Assembly: GCA_030704615.1 (NCBI GenBank) | Contig: CM060734.1 | Span: forward strand, 14,942,001-15,006,000 | Origin: Takakia lepidozioides | Lineage: Eukaryota; Plantae; Bryophyta | Length of the DNA: 64,000 nt | Direction of reading: 5' to 3' | Shown: one piece after another, positions 49,982 to 62,300 of the stretch | Numbering within the stretch: the stretch's first letter is position 1 | How the letters are laid out: each line of letters opens with the position of its first letter | Translations under genes and position numbers: made by a program | The notes under the pieces: model-generated | What the model was told of the DNA's origin: nothing | Databases searched by the model: none | What the model saw: only the letters and a program-made list of their open reading frames with translations

Positions 49982-50991
49982 CTGAGGTGGTCCTGGTGCA
50001 ATCCCCGCACTCTCCTCCTCTCCTGACGGTACAAAGCCTCCACCCAGGCTTGTTGCACCCGTCGATCAGCATCCCGTTGCACATCCTTGCTCGTGCCCCA
50101 CAATGGAGTCTGAGCAACCATGGTAGGCAACTCCGCCATACCATACATGTCATCCTGCTCTCCCGGAGGTGGCACATCCTCTGAATGAGCGTTGCCCTCA
50201 AGCAACTCTCTAGGCCAACTCACTGCCGCTGTGAATGCTGCTAGTGTCGGCATCTTGCCTCGCTGGACAACCGCAACTCCTCCTATGAACGTCACAGGGA
50301 GCTGCACACGCCGGCCCTCCCTTGACTGCCATGCAGGCCTATAGGAAGCTGACTCCTCCCAGAAATCCAAGGTGAAGCTCATGGGGTACAACACTGCCCC
50401 GCTAACCAGGACATCATATGAGACCGCGTCTGTCACAATGGCCTTGGCTCGCATCACTGAGCCCTCTGTAGGGTGATCCGGCCGTAGTCTGATAGCCAAC
50501 TCACGCAGTGTCATGCCGCGAGCCTGCTCCGATCCTCCCAGAGACGTCTGTATCTGGAAAGGACAAGGCTCCATATCCGCCTCCGTGAGGCCCAAGCCTG
50601 CAATAGCAGCTCTGCCCAGCATCAATGGCTGAGCTCCCGAGTCCAACAAGACCCGCAGTGGCCGGTACCTCTTGCCTGCTGGTCCACTCAAACAGAAAAT
50701 GCCATCCTGGTTGTATAACATGACAACTCCAGGTGTCACCATGGCGCGCTCAATGGCTGGCCTAGCTGACAGCTCCATCAACCTGGCAGCTGCAGCTTGC
50801 CATGGCGCCGCCGTGGCAGTCTTGACCCTCAAATCCGAGGATCCCTCCGGCACTACACCTCCCACTATCTCCGCAGAAGATGAAGTAACCTCCCCACTCT
50901 CACAGAATGTAGCTGCCAGCCTGAACACCTCAGCTGGTCTTACCCCCAGCGTCGCAATCATGGTAGCCGAGAACAATAGAGCCTGGCACAC
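49982..50991 (-). CDS. Retroviral-type aspartic protease region
   Basis: RVLLDSGAQ catalytic motif; YDVLVSG downstream. Confidence 0.8.
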
Positions 50992-52826
50992 AGATGTGGC
51001 CGCACACTAGTTGTCGTAGCCTTGGCAACATTAGGTAGTGGTGCTACCCGTGTAGCTCTCCCCAATGGCATAGTAACCTCCGCCTCGATAACAGCCGGGC
51101 GAGAACTAGGTGTCATGGATGGCGTCGACACTGTCTCCGCCAATGTGAATGACTGAGGAAGCCTAGCCTGACGGCTTGCCTCCCCACGCTGTGGATCCAA
51201 CTCCACCTCTGCACCTCGTGGCTCAGGAACTCGTGCTCCTCGAGTCACGGCTGCAGCAGACTCCACCTGCACTAGTGGTAGTGCTGCTCCACACATGAAT
51301 CCCATGCCTCCCATATCTCCTCCCTCAGGAGCAGGAGGTGGACCATCCGGCCTTAGAGCCGGTACTACCTGAGCTGTAGCCATGGCAGCGAGCCTCTGCT
51401 CTAGCTGCTGAAGCCGGTTGGCCATGCCTTGGTCAACCCCTTGACCTCCGCGTCCTTGGCCATGTTGAGCTTGCCCTTGGCCTGCACCTCGTCCTCTCTG
51501 GGCTGCTCCACCTCGCCCCCGGCCACCATTGTTCCCTTGGAACTGGCCTGGGCGCAACTTAGGATGCAAACCATAACACTGGGCCTCTCGATGCCCGTGC
51601 TTGCCACAATGCCCACACTGCAACTGTGCAGGCTGTGCATGTGCCGGCCCTTTGCCTCCCTCTGGGCAATCCTTCTTGACATGGGGTCCTCCACACGTCC
51701 AGCACACCACATCCGCCCGTTGTTGCCCAGCAAATGAAGGGAGAGACCCTTGCATCTGAGGTCCTCTCTGCCCTTCCCTGAGCTTCACCTGAGCCCCCTT
51801 GTTACGTTGAGGTAGTGGTTGGCTAGGAGCACCACTACCCCGTGGTGTCTCCTTAGCAAATCCCACCATGACCACTCGTTCCTCCACCATGTTGAGCTCT
51901 ATCCGCTCTGCCAGCAAAAACACATTTGCTAAGGTGGGTTGGGCCGCTTGTAGGAGAGTTGCATCCCGCACCCTTCTCCTCAGCTCCTTGTCCAATATCC
52001 CATACCAGAATTGGACTGCCTGAGCTTCCGTAACCCCTTGGGTTACATTTATCAAGCGCCTCATGCGAGTGAAAGCCTCCCTCAAGCTCTCAGTCGGCTT
52101 CCGTTGGAACTCTTGCAAGCTCCGCAACTTCTCTGTCCTCACCCCTTGGTAGTTCCCTCTCAACTCTTCGAAGAACTCCACAACAGGGTTGAAGGCAGGC
52201 ACGGGTGCTAGTGCTGGTGCGGTAGTGGCTTGGGTGGACGTCGTAGCTACTGTACCACCAGTCCCACTAGTCCCACTGCTACTTGCTGAAGCTGCCGGTG
52301 CAGCGGCAGGTGTAGCCACTGCCCTCGTGGCTCTAGTGCCCCTAGTGATGGAGACATAGTCGGGTGACCAGTACATCCTCCACTCCTCGATCTCAACCTC
52401 ATGCCCCCGCCTGAACTCATGGTAATCATCCATAGGCGGCCCCTCAAGGTGCTGAAACAGCCCCTTCCATGCCATGAAAGGCGTAAATAGTTGTGGATTG
52501 CGCATTTGCTGCAAATCACACCAACTATCAAACTCTTGGATAAAATCATCCAACTCGATGGTGCCCACCGCCCCAGAGTACCCTCGTGGCCCCTTGGTAG
52601 CTCCATACATCTCCTCCATTGTGTCCCACAACAATGGCAAAGAAACAACTTGCACCGCCGGTATGAGTCCTCTTGATTCACAATCCGAATCAGAACCTTC
52701 AGTAGAAGACACAGGAGGTGAAGGTGGCCTAAACCGCACACCTCGTCTCGTGTACCCACTAATATTGCTAGTGCTCGAACCGGCACTGTCCCCAGCAACT
52801 AGTGGCACCTCCGTGTTGACACTCAA
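50958..52826 (-). CDS. Gag with two CCHC zinc knuckles
   Basis: Retrotrans_gag-like LRSLQEFQRKPTESLREAF; CWTCGGPHVKKDC and CGHCGKHGHREAQC. Confidence 0.88.
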   Translation of the reverse strand: MSVNTEVPLVAGDSAGSSTSNISGYTRRGVRFRPPSPPVSSTEGSDSDCESRGLIPAVQVVSLPLLWDTMEEMYGATKGPRGYSGAVGTIELDDFIQEFDSWCDLQQMRNPQLFTPFMAWKGLFQHLEGPPMDDYHEFRRGHEVEIEEWRMYWSPDYVSITRGTRATRAVATPAAAPAASASSSGTSGTGGTVATTSTQATTAPALAPVPAFNPVVEFFEELRGNYQGVRTEKLRSLQEFQRKPTESLREAFTRMRRLINVTQGVTEAQAVQFWYGILDKELRRRVRDATLLQAAQPTLANVFLLAERIELNMVEERVVMVGFAKETPRGSGAPSQPLPQRNKGAQVKLREGQRGPQMQGSLPSFAGQQRADVVCWTCGGPHVKKDCPEGGKGPAHAQPAQLQCGHCGKHGHREAQCYGLHPKLRPGQFQGNNGGRGRGGAAQRGRGAGQGQAQHGQGRGGQGVDQGMANRLQQLEQRLAAMATAQVVPALRPDGPPPAPEGGDMGGMGFMCGAALPLVQVESAAAVTRGARVPEPRGAEVELDPQRGEASRQARLPQSFTLAETVSTPSMTPSSRPAVIEAEVTMPLGRATRVAPLPNVAKATTTSVRPHLCARLYCSRLP

Positions 52827-53479
52827 CCGGTCATGAACATGTCCCTAACCCCCTCTCCACAAGGTAACCGGGTAGAGAACCTGGTGCGGCTTAGGGTTTG
52901 GAATACTAAGTTCCTAACATAGCCTACACCTGTACCTGCATCCACCGCAAGCACTCCTATGGTTGGCTGGTCATCACCTCCAACCTCACCACAGGAGAAA
53001 CAATGATGGTCTGGCTGGTCATCACCCCAGCCTCACCATCGACAGCATGCTCTAGGACTGGCCGGTGATCAAATCCGGACCAATCACCTATAAAAACAAG
53101 CGCCCACACAAAACTAGCATGGCGCACAGTCAAGCATGCAGGTATGGAGGGGATCCAAACACAAGAAATCAAAACGACAACTCCCCCACACCAAAAACAA
53201 CTCCACGGTGCTGCTCCTGCAAGGACACCCCAGCCCAAAACCCGGACTGACTCTTACCTCCACCTACGGAAAGGTCTTGGCCTAATGAGAGGGTGGAAAC
53301 TACGAGGAAGAGAAGCTAAAGCAATGCCTAACCCCAGCATGCCCTCATCCCAACACTCTTCCTCTCCTCTCTTCCCTCACTTGCATGACCATGGGAATAT
53401 CATGAAGATACTCCTCAAACCGCCCTCCACGAGCTTCAAAATTCGGCCTTCAAGACCACATACCAGTCCTTATGCAGTC

Positions 53480-54405
53480 CACCAGTGCCTCCACAAGTCA
53501 GCACAGGCCATCCACAGGTCAACACGGGCCACCACAGACCAGCACAAGCCCACACAGCTCACAGGCCACAGCCTGTCACAGCCCTACACAGGTCACAGGG
53601 TCACAGCCCCAAAGGCCACATGTCACAGCTTGTCACACCCCATCACAACCCCAAAGGCCACAGGCACAGCCTGTCACAGCCCTACAAAGGTCACAAGGTC
53701 ACAGCCGCAAAGGCCACAGCCTATCACAGCCCCTCACAGCCCCATAGGCCACAGGGCACAGCCTGTCACAGCCCGACACAGGTCACAGGGGTCACAGCCC
53801 CAAAGGCCACAGCCCCTCACAGCCCGTCACAGCCCCACAGGCCACTGGCCACAGCCTGTCACAGCCCCTCACAACCCCTCACAGCTCGCCACAGCCTGAC
53901 ACAGCCCGTCACAGCCCCACAGGGCACAGGGTACAGCCTGTCACAGCCCCTCACAGCCCGTCACAGCCCCACAGGCCACAGGGCACAGCCTGTCACAGCC
54001 CCTTATAGCCCGTCACAGCCCCACAGGCCACAGGGCACAGCCTGTCACAGCCCTTCATAGCCCGTCACAGCTTGCCACAGCCTGTCACAGCCCGTCACAG
54101 CCCCACAGGCCACAGGGCACAGCCTGTCACAGCCCCGCACAGCCCGTCACAGCCCCAAAGGCCACTGGGTCACAGGCCCTCACAGCCCGTCACAGCCCCG
54201 AAGGCCACCGGCACAGGCCCTCACATGCCCTCACAGCCCGTCACAGCCCGAAGACCACCGGCGTAGCCCGGCACAGCCCGACACAGCCCGTCACAGCCCT
54301 GAAGGCCACCGGCACAGCCCCTCACAGCCCCGAAGGCCACCGGCACAACCCCTCATAGCCCGTCACAGCCCCCAAGGCCACAGGGACAACCCGTCACAGC
54401 CCCAT
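53480..54405. repeat. CACAGCCC/GGCCACAGG minisatellite in the 5' leader of the Gypsy element
   Basis: Degenerate 10-11 bp units; the same array occurs at 25513-25683. Confidence 0.9.
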
Positions 54406-55955
54406 CCATGGCCGCTCTGGCAGTTTAGCCATTTCTCCAAGGGGTTTAGCCATGCCAAGCTAGGGTTTGTGTCTCTTGGACTCTAGGCTTCTTTCCACCG
54501 AGCTATGGCGGCTGTGAGGAAATCAGCAAGGTATTCTTGCTCTTTCGGCTCCCACACACCACCATAGTAGCCCTAAGCCATGAGGTGGTTGCCACAAACC
54601 AAGCCTTCTTTCTCACTTAGCCTCCCCAAACACGCCACTAAACTCAATGGCAAACAACCAAGCCCTGCTGGTTCCCAGCCCTTGTGAGCACTCATTCAAG
54701 CACTTTCATTGGCCATAGCATCTGTCTTAGAGCCTATTCCAGCCCTCTACACCTGTTGCTTCAAGAGTTGCGCTCCCTTCAAGCTTGAAGTTGAAACCCC
54801 AACTCACATAGGCCCTACAAGTGCTTTTCTTTCACTCCAAGTGGAAACCAGCCCTAGACCTTCCGTTCTAGCTCTCTAAGGCTTGAAAACAAGAGCCTCA
54901 ATGGGCTGAAGGCATGCTCCACACATGCCCCACTCTCACCATAAGAGAATCAGCTCATTTGCTTCATTTCTTGCACCCACAAACCTGAAAATACAAGCTT
55001 CAGCAGGCTGAAAGCATGCTCCACCTGCCCTACAGGGAAACCAGCCCCTTCCTTCCTTTCTTGCACTCCCACACTTGAAAGTGCAAGCCTTCACCAGGCT
55101 GATAGCATGCTCCACACATGCATTGCCCTCACATAAGGGAAGTCAGCCCTTCCCTCTTCCTTGCTTGCCCTCCAAGCTTGAAGATAGAAGCTTCAATGAG
55201 CTGAATACATGCTCCACACATGCAACCTCTTCACACAAGAGATATCAGCCCCCTATCTTGGCTCCTTGGCTCCTTGATGCTCTCTAAGACAAGACTAAGC
55301 ACTCCACAGCCCTTGCCAAGCTCCTGAAACCGTAAGGCTTATATTTCCAGCCACAAGACACTCCTCTTGTGGTGCAAGAACTTTTCTTCCAAGCTCTGAA
55401 ACCCTAGGTGCACATTCCATGGCCTTGCCGCACCTCTTAGCTCATGTTCCAGCCCCGCTCTTGCCATGGCAAGAGCCCTCATATCGCTGGAGTTTCAGAT
55501 TGAAACCCCAACTCAACATAGCCACAAATGCATTGGCTTGCATACAAGAGAAATCAGCCATCTCTTTTCACTCATACCTCCTTATGAGCTTGAAGTTGGA
55601 GCTCCCGATAACTGTGACTTACATTTAACACCCTCGCAGCTCCACATTGCTGCAGCTCCTTAACTTGGCCTGCAGCTGAAGAAGACGACCACCAGTTCAC
55701 CCACTCGAGACCAGCATCTCCCCCGCTTCACACTAGAAGCCCAAACTTGGTTGCCATAGCGTTGAGCTATGCAACGCCGCTCTTCAACATAGGCTACCCG
55801 CCTCTCTATCCATTGCAAACCTGCAACCTGTTCGCCTTTGCACTCTATCCACTTTGGATAGGCTCATGCACGGATCCCTGCACTCTAGGCTGAACCGCTT
55901 CTCATGAAAACACAAGTGCTACAAAGCAACTCGAACCTGGCACTCACAGACTCGA

Positions 55956-55971
55956 GCTGATCTTTCTCGAG
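55956..55971 (-). promoter_or_regulatory. Self-priming-type primer binding site
   Basis: No TGG tRNA PBS; CTCGAGAAAGATCAGC pairs with an LTR segment at 56137-56152 (15/16; 15/15 in the copy at 27168-27182 vs 27348-27362). Confidence 0.7.
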
Positions 55972-56298
55972 TGATAAAGAAGAAGAATACAAGCACAAGC
56001 TCATGCGAGCTCACAAAGCTGAAGCATAAACTCATGCATATATAACCTCATCACTCAAATACAAGTCAAGCCAAGTGCACCCCACGCCATGGGGAATCCA
56101 CACTACGGCGCCATAGCTAGGCGCGGTGAGGCTCAACTCGAGAAAGATGAGCCTCCCGCGCTTGCCGTGAAGATAACCACTCCAGGGCCTAAATCTGCCT
56201 TGACCCCTGGATTGACACTTGGGCCAATCCCAAATGTCAATATGTAAAAGCTAGCTATTTCCTAGCTAGTTTCACACTAGTGGTAAAATAACTTGACA
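55972..56298 (-). repeat. 5' LTR half (B) forming the right terminus
   Basis: Near-identical to 46026-46352 (one mismatch seen); stops exactly at GACA of the palindrome. Confidence 0.92.
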
Positions 56299-57077
56299 AC
56301 CCATTATGGATTTCGGCTATCGTTGGACTTGTTGATTGTCCATTGCATACTTGAGCATGTGAGCAAATCTTTTCTGTGATCCAATTTGTATAAAATGACT
56401 GATATTGTTGGTTGAAAATTGTGGCAACTTAGCCAGGGATACTTGTAAATTATAGGTGTGGCAGATCAGATGAAATGGTTGTTGGTGTGGTGGAAAGTGT
56501 GAACATTCTGGTTAACAGCAATAGCCAGCTAGTGTGCTCTGATGTTGTTGGTGCCTTGAAGATGCGGACATATTTGAGGTAACATATACGAGTTCCTTAT
56601 TTGTGTTTTCTCACTTTCTGGTCAACAGCGATCGCCAGCCAGTGTGAGCACTCTAATATTGTTGGTGCCTATAAGATATGTACATATTTGAGGTAACAAA
56701 TACTCCTTGTTTACTATGTAAATAACGGATGCACCAAAACTGAAGAACACTTCTTCTTTTACTGCCCTCTTTACTATGAGATCCGTGGGAGAAACCCAGT
56801 ATCTCACAACAGTCTTCCACTATGATGGCAGCTTATCTGCATGAAGCTTTGATCTTATGCAATCCCTTGAGCAGTAGTTGCTTTTGGGCTGTCTTTTATT
56901 CTGTTTCTTGTTTCTTGTCTTCCTTTTGTCCCATGTAAGCTCTTCAGCTTTCTGCGGATGTTATAAAATTCCATTTCATTTCTGCATGAATTTCATTCAG
57001 TAATTTCCCTCGAAGAGGAGCTGTGAAACTCTACGAGTTTGTATTGAAGTTCATCAATGGGTGGTAGGTTCCTACAG

Positions 57078-58128
57078 TGGAATGCCAGAATAAAAGCTTG
57101 GCCTGAACGACCGGGTTTTGTTGGAGGCACAAGGGCGAGCAATGAAAGGGAAGGCAATTGATGTTGATGACATCAAATTTCACCAGTATGTGTCTTGCTA
57201 TTCACCTTTTTACTAGTGGGATGTATCGAATCTCGTGGTATGCAGGGCACAAGAAGAAGCACTTGATCATGCTCTGGCTCCACTTCCACGGGGATACAAA
57301 TGAGGCAATTCCTATCCTCAGGGGTTCCATATCTCAACCCTAGAGTGGGGGGACCGGCTCTGAAATTGCCCAAAGCCCTTGTGAGGGATGTGGAGAACAT
57401 ACACTTGGAGTGCTAGGAAAGTGTGACGCGGTTGTCTTGATTGATGTCCAATGAAACTGAGACCTTCTCTGAAGAAAGGGATTCACAAGGAGTTTATGGG
57501 CATCATGACCCTGTGTCACGGGCCTGTCATAGGCAAGGTGTCCACCCTCACCTACATTGTCTGGGATCTACATTGAGGCTCTCCATGTGCTAGGTTATAT
57601 ATCCCAGAATTTCTGGGACTACACATAAACCTGAAGGAGATGAACATTTCAGTCTTCAACACTACAAAACACATGATACAAGACAAGATTGCTTCCCATA
57701 TGCACGACAGGAAATCAAGATGATCTTCCTGGACAAAGTCAAATCGCCCCAGACATTTACTGCCAGCAAAAGCACTCTATAGGACTTGCCAGTATAAAGT
57801 CAGAAACTTGTTGGTAGAGGAGTTCTACTGGTTGTCCCCTGAGATGAATTGTCTACAAACGACTGTCAACTTGTGATACAGGGCCCTTAGAAGCTAATCA
57901 ACCATGATCCTAACTCATGTGCACCGGAAAGGGGGGCCCAGCAAAGCTTTACTCTAGGCTTTGTCTCTTAATATATTGACCCATAATCTCCTTGAGCTCC
58001 CCAGTGGACGTCTTTTCTTTAGTATCCTGTTCAGGCCCACTTATGTCTGTAAGGTGACATTTGCTTTGTGCAGGTGTGTCAGATTGGCTCGGTTTGAGAA
58101 TGACCGAACAATCTCTTTCATACCTCCC
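57078..58128 (+). pseudogene. AP1M: AP-1 adaptor mu subunit gene fragment (two exons + intron)
   Basis: GMPE*KLGLNDRVLLEAQGRAMKGKAIDVDDIKFHQ (57078-57185), GT..AG intron, CVRLARFENDRTISFIPP (58074-58128); in-frame stop. Confidence 0.85.
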
Positions 58129-59305
58129 ATTAAAACTGGTCTGCATTTTAGCTTTCATTCTTCTGGTGCCACGGTGTCCATGTTACCTTATTTTACTGGT
58201 TCAGTGGGAACATATCCTGGTGCAAAGAATGATGGCCGACACCCGAAGTGCATCCTATCTTGGATAGCTTGCTCCACAAAGAAGCAGTGCATCTCCTTCA
58301 ATGGATAGTCCCCTCACTCAAGCCAGCTTTAAGAAACTGAATTCCACTGCAACACCCACACATTTCACTCTCAACATTCTCCTCAAAATCAGGTCTGCTT
58401 TCCATCTTGCTTTGTCACCAGACTGAGACTCTCCAATCTGCCAAGGCCCAAATATTGTGTGAATACCTGTCTCACTCTCATATGCATGTAAAAGCACCTC
58501 TAGCACTGGCATATGGAATGAAAAAGCTGTCAGTATCATTCAATTGAAGGTCACAGATGATTACCGGGAACAAATTCCCTAAGATGGCTTTTGACAAGAA
58601 GCTCTGTAGTTTCTTCGTTGCGTGCATGCTATGCAGACCTCACCAGCACTCCAACTTGACCGAGGATCTTGTCACAGCATGATCGTCTGAGTAGTCCAGT
58701 AGAGAAGCCAGGACAGCTTCATGACAGAAACCCCAAAAAGTACGCACACTAACCAAGGTGTGTGGAGGCAACGCTCCCATTTCCAACTGCAGTGCCAATG
58801 GTATGCTGCACTAGCCATCACCTCCTCAGTATCATTGTCATCATTTACACCCATGACAATGGTGTTGCAGTTCATCATCGATGCTAGAATATTACCTTAA
58901 AATTCCATGCCACAGCATCCAGAGGAGAAAGCCGGAAGAAGGAAACATAAAACTACTTATAACAAGCAGTTAATGGGACTCCATGGCCTACCTTCCACCA
59001 CTGACCAACTTGTAAATCAATGCCACTGCAGAGGAAGAACTGCAAATGCCCCCAAGCTGAGCCACGAAAGGCGCCAAGAGCTCCCCTGCCGTCACAGACG
59101 CACATCACTTACGGTCACTCTTACTCTTGCGGCACCTGTGCAACTCAAAACAGCTCAGAAGAGCTATGGCATTCTTAGTTTGTTACAAGATCTTGGCTTT
59201 TTGTGGATGTCCCGAATTGCCTTGTTCTTGGTTCCTTTGCCCCTCCCCACAAAATTAACCCATACTCAACCACAGAAACATAATTATGGAGTATTCCTGA
59301 TGTAA

Positions 59306-62300
59306 CTATTTTTCAAGCACAGGGATGTTGGAAGTACCAAGGCTGGCTGTCTCAACACCTAGCTGGGACACCAAGGTCTCTGTTTGATCCTGTGGCTCCA
59401 TATGTGGTAACACAGAGCTCTGAACTGAGCTGTGTGTGCAAGTGAGCTTGAGCAGTCCAACCGGATCTCTTTGTCCACCTTGCCCTACTTCCTCACAATG
59501 GCCCACAACTCTATGAGGAGTATCATGCCCATCGCAATGCCCAGTTGCTGACAGGGATGGCAAGGAGTCCAAAGAACTGTTCGATTGTCCCTCTTGAACT
59601 ACATGCAGAGTCCGGAACCATATACCTGATGGAAATCTTCTGGGCTGAACAAACCAGATAGCCACTTGCGCATATGGAAATGACTGAAGAATGAGTATCA
59701 AATATTGCAGGCACAAGCGAACAATGGAGAGGACCGAGTAGACAAGGGTGAAGAATGTATAGAAGACAGAAGTGGTGGGCAGCAGAAGTAGCAAGGGTGT
59801 GAACATGAGTGAACCCACTACCAGCTGCTCCACACTACAGTCATAAGTGTCCAGCCTCCCTCTTAATGGGTTGCGCTTCCTTGCCCTGCTCATTTACACG
59901 CACATACAAAACCCTTGCCCATTCAGTTCTGCCACAAATGCCCGAGGAACTGAAAAGGAAGCCACGGGCTTTAGCAAGGAGTATAAAAAGCTCGACTCCT
60001 GCCGAATCAAGCAAGAAATAATGGTATCACTTCACCCTGAAGGACTACTTCCTTCTGTTTGGAAGGTGGACACCTTGTAACGGCCGGAACTGGTACAATG
60101 AGGTTGTCCAAACCTCCCCCAAGGACTCTCCCCAGTTATTAGGTGACTGGTTAACCAGCAAACCCCTTTTTATAGCTGGGTTGGCTATAATGGGTGACAT
60201 CCAACATACACCTAGGCGGTTTGAACCCACGACCGCTTATAAGGCAGCGTTGTGCCCTAACCAGTGGGCCATCTGTTGGATGCAGTATCAACAATTATAC
60301 TTAAGGGGGGAACACCACCCATCCTGCCCCACCCAAGGGGGGGCTCCAAGCAAAGCCGGGTCATTGTTTTCCTTCTAAGATAGAAATCAAGACAAATGTG
60401 TAACTTTTAAGAACATCGCAGCCACATAAAGTGAGAATCTCTCAGCCCAAGGCTGGCAAACCTTCAACCTACACCACAGCACATACCTGAAGAGGCGCCA
60501 GAGAGCAGCCAAAGCACGAAGCTGACTGGCATATAAGAAGGCAGTGGCTTGGTGGAGGGCTGCAACATGGATGGTCGCCAATAACAGGATGTCCACCAAC
60601 ATGGCTGCTGGCACAGTGAGTCCCAGTAACATAGCAAGCAGTGCTGATGCAGGTAGCAATGCACGGAGCACTGGCCACACCAGGGCTCCCACAGTGGCCC
60701 ATGTCTGAATAACATGCAATGATAGTGTCCCCAGCCGGGCTGCCAGCTCATCATTGAGCTTGAAGCCAGCAGGCACGCCCATCAACCAGATGCAACCAGT
60801 GCGCAGTATGTCATTGGTCAACACCTGCACCATTCTTTGAACATATTGTGCAATGTCCACTTCATGCCGTAAAACTACAAGACCTGCCACTGCTCCCATG
60901 GCCATATCCACCACTACAGCTGTCCACATCGCATGTCTGCTTTGTGTTGATCGATGTGCCATGGATACATTGGCTTGCTCAGGCCTGCATCCAGAACAAG
61001 GATGGACTTTTTGTTTGTTTAGAGAAAACCCACTTACTCTTGTTTGTTTGCTAACAGATATATGACGAACAGGACTCCCATCTAATCACCTGGTTCCCAA
61101 CCATTGTACGAAGCGTAAATTCTAGGCGCTTGTTCAAGAAACTGGACACTGGAACATATGGGGAGAAAAGGGAGTACCCAGTGCCTCCCCAAGCCAAAAC
61201 AAAGGGCCATGCCAGAAGCTGATGGAAACGAAGTTGAAGAGCATGCCAAGTGTGGCTCATATGCTGCACACAACCCATATATGGAAGGACACAGAGCCAT
61301 TTATCTAGCACCGCTGCACCTGCAGAGGCCAGCACATAGAGCACTGTGCCACCTGATGCTACCAAGGCTGCAGCACTATGCCACCACAAGCTGCCAGCCA
61401 TCCACATCACCCCACCTTGTCTAACTTAGAACACAGCTGTGCCTTTGCCTGTCCTTGCCCAACTGTGTGTCAGCCACTCTGCGCTCTAGGAAGTTACAGC
61501 ATTGATGAATACACGAATGCACTAACACCTCATCCTGATTTTGGCATATCATAACAATGACATTCCGACAGTCTCCTACCTCACACTCCTGTATAGGTAG
61601 AAATAATTCATAAACCTAAGTTTGACTACAGTAGGTATTGAACACAGCCATAAAAAGTATGAGGATATGCATGGGGGTCTATTCAGCACCGAACAATGAC
61701 AGGAGCCATGATTCACTATTTAATGTCAAAACCATGAGGTCATCACTTGACTAAGAGCTAGTGTATAGATAGGCTAGTAAATGTAGCATTTTGACAATCT
61801 AGGACCAGTTATTGTGAAAATGTTGAACATTACCCTACAGTATGTTAAAAAAACCATTGCCTTACGTGGACAGATAGGAAGGCTGCACACAAGAGGTGCC
61901 TACACATGATGCTACTGTCTTCGCGACGAAGGCACCACAATTGAGCAGCTCCACCACTCTTTCCTGCAACCGCACCTCCCTAAGTCAATCAATCTGTTCA
62001 TAGATAGCAAAAACCCAAGGTCTTGGTTCTGCATCCGACAACCCTCCTATGTCCTTGAAAGTATGCATGCACATTGGGCATATGGGTTCTTGTTCCCAAC
62101 CCTGACATAACAGTTCATGGGTAAGAGCTAGCTGGTGTCAAATTGACCCTATGCTGAAAGTGAGAAAGACTTTTGAGGTACGACTCGGATCCCCTTTTTC
62201 TGGCCAAATCTAATCTACTGTCTTACTCCAAGACTTGCCCTATTTCAGAGTAATCTTGCTTCTATAAAGCTCATTTCCCTTTCATTTGGTGCCAAAGCCT

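Larger units (their letters stand above)
45837..56298 (-). mobile_element. Ty3/Gypsy LTR retrotransposon with circularly permuted (split) LTRs; RT-deleted
   Basis: Termini TGTC...GACA; TSD ACCC (45833-45836, 56299-56302); repeats A 45837-46024 = 46355-46542 (188 bp) and B 46026-46352 = 55972-56298 (327 bp); gag-pro-DNMT-(RH)-IN-PHD. Confidence 0.92.

Noticed and set aside
45837-56298. DIRS/Ngaro tyrosine-recombinase retrotransposon
   Set aside because: It has split direct repeats and an MTase, but encodes a protease and a DDE integrase, has a TSD, and shows no YR motif.
57440-57600. Possible structured ncRNA in the AP1M intron
   Set aside because: No recognisable snRNA/snoRNA boxes; more likely a small repeat relic.
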